Assembly: GCA_963744145.1 (NCBI GenBank)
Contig: CAVUSO010000001.1
Span: forward strand, 6,976,001 to 7,040,000
Direction of reading: 5' to 3'
DNA from: an uncultured cyanobacterium
GTDB lineage: Bacteria; Cyanobacteriota; Cyanobacteriia; Cyanobacteriales; CAWUOF01
Length of the DNA stretch: 64,000 nucleotides
A program made the position numbers and the translations under genes. The notes under the pieces were generated by a model. That model ran no database searches. It was not told where the DNA came from and saw only the letters and a program-made list of their open reading frames with translations. Below, one piece after another: positions 11,101 through 23,200 of the stretch. How positions within the stretch are numbered: position 1 is the stretch's first letter; each line of letters begins with the position of its first letter.

Positions 11101-14071
11101 CCTTACTCCCACCGGAAATGTTACCTTAACTGCCAATGGTGATGTGACTACTCAATCAATTACAACTCCGGGTAATAGTATTAATATTACTAGCAGTTTA
11201 GGTCAAATTGATACTACTGGAGGTACTCTTGATACTAGCTCAACTGGTCTGGGTGGAGATGTGAGTTTAACTGCATCGACTCTCGCTATTATTACAGGTA
11301 ATATTAATACTAATTCTACGGTCAGTGGTGCGGGAGGAAATATCACTATTACCAGTGGGGATGCGATCGATACTACTCTAGGAACTCTAAATTCTAGTGC
11401 AGTTATCGGTAAAGGTGGAGATATTACTTTTAATGCGAATAGCAATATAAAAATCGCTAATCTGAATACGACTAGCAATGATAGTGGAGCTGGAGGAAAT
11501 ATTACCCTGAATACGACTGGGGGATTAATTACTAATATAACTGGTCTGATTACTACAACTGCAAATTCAGGTCAGGGAGGGAATATTTCCCTAGGGAGTA
11601 GCAGCGATATTATCATTAATAAGAATATTAATAGCAGTTCTAATGGCACTGGTAACGGAGGAGATATTTCTTTAACTAGCGCGATCGGTGCGGTGAATAT
11701 TAATTCTCTCAACTCAACTTCAGCTTTTGGAAGTGGTGGCAATTTAACTATTAATGCTGCTAATAATATTAATGGCTTGCTGTTATTTGCTGATGCGACT
11801 AAAGGTCAGGGAGGAAATATTAGTCTGACTAGCACTAGCGGCACAATTAATATTAGTTCTCTGAGTGCTAATTCTAATAATAGTCAAGGTGGAGCATTGG
11901 TTCTGCAAGCGAGTGGGAATATCACCACAGGAGATTTAAGTGCTAAAGGGATTACGGGAATTAGTCAAGGTGGTCAGACTTCTATTATTAGTAAAAATGC
12001 CGCAATCGCGATTGGTAATATTACTACAACTGGTACTGCAAATGGGGGAAATATATCCATCCAAGCTAACACCCAAATTACCACTAAACAAATTGATTCA
12101 AGTAGCACTACTGGAGCAGGTGGTAATGTGCTAATTGACCCTACGGGAGATGTGCAAGTGAGTAATATTAATACTTCTGGTGGTACAACTGGAGGTAATG
12201 TGGATATTACCGCAGGTAAATATTTGCGAGTAAATGTACCTCTAAATACAGCTAATTGCGGTACAGTGAGTATTTGCACAATTGGTAATAGTCAAGGAGG
12301 GAATATATTTCTCAGACATGGTGGTGATGGGGTGGTTCCATTTATCGTGGGAGATGCAACTATAAATGGTACAGCTAGTGCAATATATAAGGGAAATAGT
12401 CCGGAACAAACTATTACTAGCGGTTCCTTCTTTGCTACTCAATTACAAGACAATGGTACATTAGGAATTATTACTAATATTCCTTCCACACCCACACCCA
12501 CACCCACACCCACATCTACACCCACATCTACATTTACACCCATACCCATATCAACACCCATCCCCATATCAACACCCATACCTATATCAACACCCATACC
12601 TATATCAACACCCATACCTATATCAACACCCACACTCACATCTACATTTACACCTACACCAATATCAACACCAATACCTTCCAATAGCGATCGCGATAAT
12701 TTAGCAGCAATTAATCCAGTCGATTTAACCAAATTACAAAATCTCAACTCTTTACCATTGCTAGACAGTGATCCTTCCCAAAATCTCGCGATCGATAAAT
12801 CGATCAGTCAAGATTATACTAAATATTTTGGTCTGGCTGATTCTCCAGAAATTAGTGTGAGCAAAGTCCAAACATCTTTGGGCAATATTGAAAGCAATAC
12901 CGGGATTAAACCAGCCATTATTTATGCTTTTTTTGTCCCCAGTACGATTACACCAATTCCTAGTAAAAATGGGCTGAATCTAACTAATGAGCAGTTAGAT
13001 AGTAATTTAAGTTTATTACATACTACCCAACCGGAACAACAAGATCGCTTAGAATTGATTTTAATTACCGCCACATCCAAACCAATTCGCAAATCAATTA
13101 ATGTGACTAGAGCGCAAGTGATCGAGACAGCAACTAAGTTTCAAAATGCAGTAGTAAGTAAAATCAGGACGCAGGACTATTTGACTCCAGCTCAACAAAT
13201 GTATCAATGGTTAGTAGCACCTTTAAACAGAGAACTACAACAATTGAAAATTGACAATTTGGTCTATATTATGGATGCTAAACTTCGCACCATTCCTTTA
13301 GCCGCCATGCACGATGGTCAAGGTTTTATAATTGAACACTATAGTGTCGGATTGATGCCAAGTTTTGCCCTGACTGACCCTAGTCACCAAGATATTCACC
13401 ATGCTCAATTACTGGCAATGGGTAGCACTAATTTCTCAGATATTTTCCATCTCAATGCTTTACCATCAGTCAAAGAAGAAGTAGATTTAGCCCATCAAAT
13501 TTGGGGAGGTAAGTCTTTTCTTAATGACGAATTTACCCTCGAAAACTTAAAATCCCAACGAGAACATAATCCCTTTCGGATCGTCCATTTAGCTACTCAT
13601 GCCGATTTTAATCCCGGTACAGCAACCGACTCTTATCTTTATTTTACGAAAGAACGATTACCGCTACCTAATTTACGTTCAATTAAGTGGAATAATCCCC
13701 CTGTGGAACTATTAGTTTTAAGTGCTTGTCGAACTGCGATCGGTGATGAAAATGCGGAATTAGGTTTTGCGGGATTAGCAGTCCAATCTGGGGTCAAATC
13801 AGCCTTAGCTTCCTTATGGTATATTTCCGATGAAGGTACTCTGGGATTAATGACAGAATTTTATGAGCAATTAAAAACAGCACCAATAAAAGCCGAAGCT
13901 TTACGTCGCGCTCAGTTAGCAATGATGCGTGGTGAAGTGCGTTTGGAAGGAGGAAAATTAGTCACCAGTAAGCAATCTTTTCCCTTACCTCCTGAGTTAG
14001 TTAAATTGCATCACCAATTTAGCCATCCTTATTTTTGGAGTGGGTTGACGATTATTGGTAATCCTTGGTAA
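8156..14071 (+). CDS. TPS-domain / 7x FG-GAP-like repeat / CHAT protein, array copy 3
   Basis: 1971-aa intact ORF with the same architecture plus long beta-helix and PT linker; start is one of three consecutive ATGs. Confidence 0.9.
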   Translation: MMMKHLIKIINGYLIIFPVAILFTSICPGLAQSIIPTRNATGTLVTPVGNKYNINGGTLSGDRTNLFHSFDQFGLSAGETVNFISNPQIRNILGRISGGNPSLINGLIQVTGGNSNLFLINPVGLVFGPNARLNVPASFTATTATAIGFSNNQWFNAIGNNNYNNLIGTPSQFAFDLVKSGNIINAGNLRVPTGENLTLLGGNVINTGQLTAPGGNITINAVPNQNIVKISQPGNILSLEITPPRDPSGQILPIAPVDLPTLLTGTANNIGTGLSVNPPGNVQLNQSGIILPNQQGLTITSGHISVAGIPGNTVGGNINILGDKIGLFNSNIDASGAVGGGTVKIGGDHQGGGTLPHATQTIIAPNATINANATVTGNGGKVIVWSDNFTSYYGNITARGGVKVGDGGLVEVSGKDLLIFTGGVDAGVNLGKPGTLLLDPKNITITNASSPLVTFLNPNPVSTGSFGFAVASEGNNLLIGAQFNTSGGVANAGQAYLFNTSGGLLQTFNNPNPVSGGFFGNSVAISGNNLLIGAPNNTFGGFTTVGQAFLFNTSGGLLQTFNNPNPIANGLFSQSVAISGSNLLIGAPGNKLGAVTGAGQAYLFNTNGGLLQTFNNPHPVTPGSFGYTVAISDSNLLIGAIGNTSGGVPLAGQAFLFNTSGGLLQTFDNPNPITPGSFGYSVAISGSNLLIGAQYNNSSGGVSGAGQAFLFNTSGRLLQTFDNPYPIPSGNFGFSVAISGNNLLIGAINNNNIPLGVPGAGQAFLFNSSGNLLQTLESPTPESSGQFGYSVTPVGNNFLIGANYETSGGQLGAGNTYLMAAAYPTALSFSDNPSQSINVNPADITRVTNTGTNVVLQAHNDITVAQPVITSAGGNGGAFTLQAGRSILVNANITTDNGNLTLVANETAANGVQSQYRDSGFANITVAPGVTLNSGTGDTTIRINTGTATGSSGNISLQNITAKNLLVENLGFGNSSIILNNTLTPTGNVTLTANGDVTTQSITTPGNSINITSSLGQIDTTGGTLDTSSTGLGGDVSLTASTLAIITGNINTNSTVSGAGGNITITSGDAIDTTLGTLNSSAVIGKGGDITFNANSNIKIANLNTTSNDSGAGGNITLNTTGGLITNITGLITTTANSGQGGNISLGSSSDIIINKNINSSSNGTGNGGDISLTSAIGAVNINSLNSTSAFGSGGNLTINAANNINGLLLFADATKGQGGNISLTSTSGTINISSLSANSNNSQGGALVLQASGNITTGDLSAKGITGISQGGQTSIISKNAAIAIGNITTTGTANGGNISIQANTQITTKQIDSSSTTGAGGNVLIDPTGDVQVSNINTSGGTTGGNVDITAGKYLRVNVPLNTANCGTVSICTIGNSQGGNIFLRHGGDGVVPFIVGDATINGTASAIYKGNSPEQTITSGSFFATQLQDNGTLGIITNIPSTPTPTPTPTSTPTSTFTPIPISTPIPISTPIPISTPIPISTPIPISTPTLTSTFTPTPISTPIPSNSDRDNLAAINPVDLTKLQNLNSLPLLDSDPSQNLAIDKSISQDYTKYFGLADSPEISVSKVQTSLGNIESNTGIKPAIIYAFFVPSTITPIPSKNGLNLTNEQLDSNLSLLHTTQPEQQDRLELILITATSKPIRKSINVTRAQVIETATKFQNAVVSKIRTQDYLTPAQQMYQWLVAPLNRELQQLKIDNLVYIMDAKLRTIPLAAMHDGQGFIIEHYSVGLMPSFALTDPSHQDIHHAQLLAMGSTNFSDIFHLNALPSVKEEVDLAHQIWGGKSFLNDEFTLENLKSQREHNPFRIVHLATHADFNPGTATDSYLYFTKERLPLPNLRSIKWNNPPVELLVLSACRTAIGDENAELGFAGLAVQSGVKSALASLWYISDEGTLGLMTEFYEQLKTAPIKAEALRRAQLAMMRGEVRLEGGKLVTSKQSFPLPPELVKLHHQFSHPYFWSGLTIIGNPW

Positions 14072-14203
14072 GGTAGAAATCTCACTCAATCTATTCTAGC
14101 CTAGATGTAGGTTTTAGGGTTGTTATAGCTGGATCTAAACTAGATTTGCTATGCTATCTCATAACCACTAAGCATTTTTGCTCACAAAACTGTAATTATA
14201 TCC

Positions 14204-17200
14204 ATGAAAAAAAGTATTGTAAAGATTATTAACGGACACTTGATAATTGGCACCATATGTATATGTATTGGTAATAGTGATCCTGGATTAGCACAATCTA
14301 TTATTCCCACTAGCAACGCGACAAACACATTAGTGACCCCAGTAGGGAATAAATATAATATTAACGGTGGGATGCTGTCGGGCGATCGCACCAACCTATT
14401 CCATAGCTTTGATAAATTCGGACTTTCCGCAGGAGAAACAGTCAATTTTATCTCTAATCCCCAAATTCGCAATATTTTAGGGAGAGTTACGGGGGGAAAT
14501 CCATCCCTAATTAACGGACTAATCCAAGTAACAGGAGGGAATTCTAACTTATTCTTAATCAATCCTGCGGGAATAGTATTTGGCACTAATGCGAGTTTAA
14601 ATGTGCCAGCATCTTTTACCGCAACTACAGCGACAGGAATGGGATTTAGTAATAATCAATGGTTCAATGCTTTTGGCAATAATAATTATAGTAATTTAAT
14701 TGGAACGCCATCTCAATTTGCCTTTGATTTAGCGAAATCGGGAAACATTATCAACGCGGGAAAATTAACCGTACCGCTCGGCTCAAATTTAACATTACTA
14801 GGTGGTAATGTAATTAATACTGGACAATTGACTGCACCTTCTGGAAATATTACGATTACGGCTGTCCCTAATCAGAATGTAGTCAAAATCTCGCAACCTG
14901 GAAATATTCTAAGTTTAGAAATTACACCACCAAGAGATACCACTGGTCAAATCTTGCCGATCGCTCCCGTCGATTTACCGACATTGCTAACGGGAACAGC
15001 CAATAATATAGAGACAGGTTTGAGTGTAAATGCAAGTGGTAATGTGCAAGTAAATCAGTCCGGCATAATTTTGCCTAATGTTTCAGGGTTAGCGATCGCA
15101 ACAGGGAATATTTCTGTAGCAGGAGTAACCGGAAATGCGGTAGGTGGAAATGTCAATGTTTTAGGAGATAAAGTAGGGTTATTTAATAGCAATATCGATG
15201 CTTCAGGTGTTGGGGGAGGGGGAACAGTAAAAATCGGTGGAGATTATCAAGGAGGGGGAACTTTACCCCATGCTACTCAAACGATTATTGCACCTGATGC
15301 AAGTATTAACGCTAATGCAACAGAAACAGGAAATGGCGGGAAAGTAATAGTTTGGTCAGATAATTTTACTAGAGATTATGGCAATATTATTGCTCGTGGT
15401 GGCGTCAGTGGTGGCGATGGTGGTCTGGTCGAAGTTTCTGGTAAAGATTTGCTAATCTTTACCGGAATGGTAGATGCGGGAGCAACGTTAGGTCAACCAG
15501 GAACCTTACTCCTTGATCCCAAAAATATCACCATTACTAACTCACCCCTAGCAACTATGCTTTTAAACCCCTATCCTTTGCCATTTGGCGTGTACAGCTA
15601 TGATTTAGCCTCAGATGGCAATAACGTATTAGTCGGGGCAATCTATAACACATCAGGAGGGGTCTTAGCAGCAGGTCAGGCATTTTTATTTAACACTAGC
15701 GGATCGCTATTGCAAACTTTCAATAACCCCAATCCTACATCAAATGGTCAATTCGGTATTGGAGTTGCGATATCTGGCAATAACGTGTTAATCGGGGCAA
15801 GTTGTAACACATCGGGAGGGTTCTCAGGCGCGGGCCAAGCCTTTTTGTTTAACACCAGCGGATCGCTACTGCGAACTTTCAATAACCCTAATCCTGTAAT
15901 AAATGGCAGTTTCGGCACTTCAGTTGCGATATCGGGCAGCAACCTGTTGATTGGAGCAAGTGGTAACACATCACTAGGGTTCTCAGGCGCGGGCCAAGCT
16001 TTTTTGTTTAACACCAGTGGATCGCTACTGCAAACTTTCAATAACCCCAATCCTGTAATAAATGGCAATTTCGGCATTTCAGTGGCGATGTCTGGTAGCA
16101 ACCTGTTGATCGGGGCAAATGGTAACACCTCACTAGGGGTCACAGCAGCAGGACAAGCCTTTTTATTTAATACTAGCGGATCGCTATTGCAAACGTTCAA
16201 TAACCCCAATCCTGCATATGGCAGCTTCGGCACTTCAGTGGCGATGTCTGGTAGTAACCTGTTGATCGGAGCAGATACTAACACATCAGGAGGAGTCCCA
16301 CAAGCAGGACAAGCATTTTTGTTTAACACTAGCGGATCACTACTGCAAACTTTCGATAACCCCAATCCTGTATCAAGTGGCAGCTTTGGTCAGTCAGTAG
16401 CTATATCCGGTAGCAACCTATTAATCGGAGCTCCGGATAACACATCAGGAGGTTACTCACAAGCAGGACAAGCCTTTTTGTTTAACACTAATAATAATCT
16501 ACTGCAAACCTTGAATAGTCCATTGCCGCAATCAAGTGGCAATTTTGGGTGGGCAGTTGCTTTGGTAGGTAGTAACATATTCGTAGGAAGCTTAAGTGAA
16601 ACATCACAAGGGGTATTAGGAGCAGGAAACAGCTATTTCATGACTGCTGCCTATTCTGGAGTTCTATCTTTTAGTGATAATCCCAGTTCTTCGGTTAATG
16701 TTGATCCGATTAATATTACTAATGTTACCAATACGGGCACTCATGTGGTACTCCAGGCACACAATGATATTACTGTTGCCCAACCAGTGATTACCTCTGC
16801 GGGGGGAAATGGTGGTGCACTTGCTCTCCAAGCAGGACGTAGTATTCTAGTTAATGCCAACATCACCACGGATAACGGCAATTTAACCCTAAGTGCGAAC
16901 GAAACTGCGGCTAATGGAGTTCTAAGTCAATATCGAGATCCTGGTTTTGCTAATATTACCGTTGCACCTGGAGTCACACTTAATTCTGGTACAGGTGATA
17001 CAACAATAAGGATTGCTACGGGGGCAACTCCAGGAAGTGGTGGTAATATTAGTTTGCAAAATATCACTGCGAAAAATTTGCTGGTAGAGAACTTAGGATT
17101 TGGCAACAGCAACATTATCTTAAATACTCCCCTTACTCCCACCGGAAATGTTACCCTAACTGCCAATGGGGATGTGACTACTCAGGGGATTACAACTCCG

Positions 17201-20126
17201 GGTAATAGCATTAGTATTACGAGCAATTTAGGTCAAATTGATACGACTGGAGGCACTATTGATACTAGCTCAACTGGTGCGGGTGGAGATATAACTTTAA
17301 CAGCAACTAATCTCGGTATTAGGACAGGTAATATTAATAGTAATTCGACCGGGAGTGGTCAAGGAGGAAATATCACTCTTACCAGTGGGGATGCGATCGA
17401 TACTACTCTAGAAACTTTGAATTCTAGTTCAGGGACAGGAAAAGGTGGAGATATTACCTTTAATGCGAATAGCAATATACAAATCGCTAATCTCAATACG
17501 ACTAGCAATGGGAGTGGTGCAGGGGGAAATATTACCCTGAATACTACGGGAGGCTTAATTACGAATCCGACTGGAACGATTACTTCAACTTCAACTTCAG
17601 GTCAGGGAGGGAATATTTTCCTAATAAGTGCTAGCGATATTATTCTTAACAAGAATATTAATAGCAGTTCTAATGGTACTGGTAAAGGAGGAGATATTTC
17701 TTTAACTAGCACTCAGGGGGCGGTGCAGATTAATTCTCTTAATTCAACTTCAGCATTTGGAAATGGTGGAAATTTAACAATTAATGCTGCTCAGGATATT
17801 AAAGGATTATTGCTCTTTGCTGACGCGACTAAAGGTCAGGGAGGAAATATTAGTCTCACTAGCAATACTGGAGCAATTAATATAAGTTTACTCAGTGCTA
17901 ATTCTAATAATTCTCAAGGTGGAACATTGTTTCTAAATGCGAATGGGAATATTACCACGGGAGATATAAGTGCTAAAGGGATTACGGGAATTAGTCAAGG
18001 TGGTCGGACTTCTATTACCAGTAAAAACGCTGCGATCGCTGTAGGTAATATCACTACAACTGGTGCAGCAAGTGGGGGAAATATATCCTTACAAGCTAGC
18101 ACCCAAATTACGGCTAAACAAATTGATTCTAGTAGCATGAATGGAGCGGGTGGTAATGTACGAATTGACCCCATAGGAGATGTGCAAGTGAGTAATATTA
18201 ATACTGCTGGTCAGACAACTGGAGGTAATGTAGATCTTACAGCAGGTACATATTTACGAGTAAATATCCCTGTCACTATAGCTAATTGTGGCACAGTGAG
18301 TATTTGCACAATTGGTAATAGTCAAGGAGGAAATATATTTCTCAGACATGGGGGTGATGGGGTAGTTCCATTTATCGTGGGAGATGCAACAATCAATGGT
18401 ACAGCTAGTGCGATCGATAAAGGAAATGGGACAGAAGAAAATATAACGAGCGGTTCCTTCTTAGGAACTCAATTGCAAGATAACGGGACACTGGGAATTA
18501 TTACTAAGACCCCTGTTATACCCACCCCAACACCTGCTCCCACATCAACATCAACATCAACCTTGGTAACATTTGTCCCAATATCAACACCTATATCAAC
18601 ACCTATATCAACACCTATTCCAACACCTATTCCAACTTCTGCTCCCATATCTGCACTAACATCTACACCAATACCAATACCAACCCTAATACCATTACCC
18701 ACCCTAACACCTACTCCAACACCTGTACCAATAGAGGAGCATCAGAATAATTTAAATATTAATCCTGTGGATTTAACTAAATTACCAGATCACCTAGATT
18801 CTTCCCCATTGTCTCAAGATGATACTTCTCAAAATTTGGCAATTGATAAATCCATGAGTCAAGAATATACGAAGTATTTTGCGCTAGCTGATGTAGCAGA
18901 ATTAAATACTAATAAAATCCGAGAGTCTCTGACCAATATAGAAAAACATACTGGGATTAAACCCGCAGTTATTTATGTATTTTTTGCAGCCTAGCACAAT
19001 TACTCCTGTCCCGATTAATCACGATATCAAAATTACTGAAAATACCTTGAAAGAACAAAATTTAGGGTTGTTAAGAGCGGGAATAGCGGAAACCCAAGAT
19101 CATTTAGAATTAATTTTAGTCCCAGCGGGTTCTCACCCCATACGCAAGTCCTTAAATGTCACTAGAGCCGAAGTTCTTGCGACTGCTAAAAAATTTCAGG
19201 ATACCGTAGCAGATCAAAAAAATACGCGAGCATATCTAGTCCCTGCTCACCAAATGTATCAATGGTTAGTTGCTCCTTTGGAACAGAATTTACAACAATT
19301 AAATATTCAAAACTTAGTCTATATCATGGATCAGAAGCTGCGGACTGTACCTTTAGCAGCAATGCAAGATGAGCAAGGTTTTATAATTGAACGCTACAGT
19401 GTGGGATTAATGCCAAGTTTTGCCCTGACTGACACGAGTTACCAGAATATTCACAATGCTCAATTATTGGCAATGGGTAGCACTAATTTCTCAGATATTT
19501 TTCATCTGGGTACTTTACCATCAGTCAAAGAAGAAGTAGATTTGGCACATCAAATTTGGGGAGGTAAATCTTTTCTGAATGACGAATTTACCCTAGAAAA
19601 CTTAAAATCCCAACGAGAACATAATCCCTTTAGAATCGTTCATTTAGCTACCCATGCGGACATTAATCCCGGTACAGAAGCCGACTCTTATATTTATTTT
19701 ACTAAAGAAAGATTATCCCTACCTAATTTACGTTCAATTAAGTGGAATAATCCCCCAGTAGAACTATTAGTTTTAAGTGCTTGTCAGACCGCAGTAGGAA
19801 ATGACAATGTGGAGTTAGGTTTTGCGGGATTAGCAGTTCAATCTGGAGTGAAATCAGCACTAGCTTCCTTATGGTATATTTCTGATGAAGGTACTCTGGG
19901 ATTAATGACAGAGTTTTACCAGCAATTAAAAACAGCACCAATTAAAGCTGAAGCTTTACGTCGCGCTCAGTTAGCAATGATGCGTGGTGAAGTGCGCTTA
20001 GAATCTGGGAAGTTAGTCACCAGTAAGCAATCGTTTCCCTTACCTCCTGCGATCGCTAATTTACATCACCAATTAAGACATCCTTATTATTGGAGTGGAT
20101 TTACAATTATTGGTAATCCTTGGTAA
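14204..20126 (+). pseudogene. TPS/FG-GAP/CHAT protein, array copy 4, +1 frameshift near 18989
   Basis: ORFs 14204-18994 and 18975-20126 join at VFFA|PSTITP; reads GCA-G-CCT where copy 1 has GCG-CCT and copy 5 has GCA-CCT; may be a sequencing or assembly error. Confidence 0.8.
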
Positions 20127-20229
20127 TATAGAAATCCCACTCAATCTATTCTAGAATAGATGTAGGTGTTAGGGTTGTTATAGCCAAATCTGAACTTAGG
20201 TATGTAGTTGCGCTTCAGCGCTAAAATCC

Positions 20230-23200
20230 ATGAAAAAAAGTATTGTAAAGATTATTAACGGACCATTGATAATTGGCACCATATGTGTATGTATTGGTAA
20301 TAGTGATCCTGGATTAGCACAATCCATTATTCCTACTAGCAACGCGACAAACACCTTAGTGACCCCAGTAGGGAATAAATATAATATTAACGGTGGGATG
20401 CTGTCGGGCGATCGCACCAACCTATTCCACAGTTTTGATAAATTTGGACTTTCCACAGGTGAAACAGCCAATTTTATCTCTAATCCCCAAATTCGGAATA
20501 TTTTAGGAAGAGTTACGGGAGGAAATCCCTCCTTAATTAACGGACTAATCCAAGTAACAGGAGGGAATTCTAACTTATTTTTAATCAATCCTGCGGGAAT
20601 TGTATTTGGCACTAATGCAAGTTTAAATATCCCCGCAGCTTTTACCGCAACCACAGCGACAGGAATTGGATTTAATAATAATCAATGGTTCAATGCGATC
20701 GGCAATAATAACTATAACAATTTCATCGGAACACCATCGCAATTTGCCTTTGATTTAGCGAAATCGGGAAACATTATCAACGCGGGAAAATTAACCGTAC
20801 CGCTCGGCTCAAATTTAACCTTACTAGGTGGTAATGTAATTAATACTGGACAATTGACTGCACCTTCTGGAAATATTACGATTACGGCTGTCCCTAATCA
20901 GAATGTAGTCAAAATCTCGCAACCCGGAAATATCCTAAGTTTAGAAATCGCCCCACCACGAGATGCCACGGGGCAAATATTACCGATCAATCCCGTTGAT
21001 TTACCGACGTTGCTAACGGGAACAGCCAAGAATATAGAGACAGGTTTGAGTGTCAATCCAACGGGCAATGTGCAGTTAAATCAGGTAGGAGTTATTTTAC
21101 CTAATGAGCAGGGTTTAGCCATTACATCAGGGAATATTTCAGTAGCTGGAATAACTGGAAATGGAGTGGGGGGAAATGTCAATGTTTTAGGGGACAAAGT
21201 AGGGTTATTTAATAGTAATATAGATGCTTCTGGTGCGACGGGAGGGGGAATAGTAAGAATCGGTGGAGATTATCAAGGAGGGGGAACTTTACCCCATGCT
21301 ACCCAAACGATCATTGCACCAGATGCGAGCATCAATGCTAATGCCACAGCTACAGGAAAAGGTGGCGAAGTAATAGTTTGGTCAGATAATTTTACCAATT
21401 ATGATGGCAATATCACTGCTCGTGGTGGGAGCAAGGGTGGTAATGGCGGATTAGTAGAAACTTCGGGAAAAGACTTATTAATTTTTACGGGAGGAGTAGA
21501 TGCGGGTGCAGCATTAGGAAAGCCAGGAACATTACTACTTGATCCTAAAAATATCACGATTACTAATGCTAGCTCACCTCTAGTAACTATGCTAAACCCC
21601 AATCCGATCAATCCAGCTCTGTTTGGTACTTCAGTAGCTTCAGATGGTAACAACCTGCTGATCGGAGCACCAGATAACACATCGGGGGGTATTGGTCTAG
21701 CAGGGCAAGCCTTTTTATTTAACACCAGTGGGTCGCTGCTGCAAACTTTCAATAACCCCAATCCAGTACCAAGTGGCCACTTAGGTTATGCAGTTGCTAT
21801 ATCCGGTAGCAATCTTTTGATCGCAGCATCCAGAAACACATCGGGAGGAGTCACAGGAGCAGGACAAGCCTATTTGTTTAATCCTAGTGGGCAACTGCTA
21901 CATACTTTCGATAATCCCAATCCTGTAGTAAATGGTGACTTTGGCTATGGACTTACTATATCGGGCAGTAACCTTTTGATCGGGGCTTATGGAAACACAT
22001 CTGGAGGGATCACACACGCAGGACAAGCCTTTTTGTTTAACACCAGTGGAACGCTACTACAAACTTTCGATAATCCTAATCCTGTAATCAATGGCTACTT
22101 CGGCTATTCAAGTGCTATATCCGGCAGCAACTTGTTGATTGGAGCAATTGGCAACACATCGGGGGGGCTCCCATCGCAGGGCAAGCTTTTTTGTTTAATA
22201 CCAGTGGGGCATTGCTGCAAACTTTCGATAATCCTAATCCTGTAGCCAATGGCTACTTCGGCTTTTCAGTTGCTATATCGGGCAGCAATTTGTTGATTGG
22301 AGCGCCTAAAAACACGTCGGGGGGAGTCACTAATGCTGGGCAAGCCTATTTATTTAACACTGGTGGAGCGCTGCTGCAAACTTTTAATAACCCCAATCCT
22401 GTCACAGGTGGCGCAAATGGCAACTTTGGCATTTCAGGTGCTATATCCGGTAACAACCTATTGATCGGGGCGTCAGGAAATACATCGGGAGGGTTTACGC
22501 AAGCAGGGCAAGTCTTTTTGTTTAATCCTAACAATAATCTCCTGCAAACCTTTAATAGCCTAAATCCACAAACTTCTGGTAATTTTGGGGCATCAGTTAC
22601 TCCTGTAGGTAGCAATATATTAGTAGGAGCCTACGGCGAAACTTCAGGAGGAGTACCGACGGCAGGAAACAGCTATTTAATGGGTGCTGCTTATCCTGGT
22701 GTCCTGTCTTTTAATGATAATCCCAGTCAATCAATTAATGTTGATCCTATCAATATTACTAGCGTTACCAATACGGGTACTAATGTGGTACTCCAGGCAC
22801 ATAATGATCTTACTGTTGCCCAACCAGTTATTACCTCTGCGGGGGGAAATGGTGGTGCATTTACTCTCCAAGCAGGACGCAGTATTCTCGTTAATGCTAA
22901 CATCACCACGGATAACGGGAATTTAACTCTAGTTGCGAATGAAACTGCGGCTAATGGAGTGCAAAGTCCATATCGAGATCCGGGTTTTGCTAATATTACC
23001 GTTGCACCTGGAGTAATACTTAACTCTGGTACGGGTGATACCACGATTCGGATTAATACGGGTACGGCTACAGGTAGTAGTGGTAATATTAGTTTGCAAA
23101 ATATCACTGCGAAAAATTTGCTGGTAGAGAATTTAGGATTTGGCAATAGCAACATTATCTTAAATACTCCCCTGACTCCCACCGGAAATATTACCTTAAC

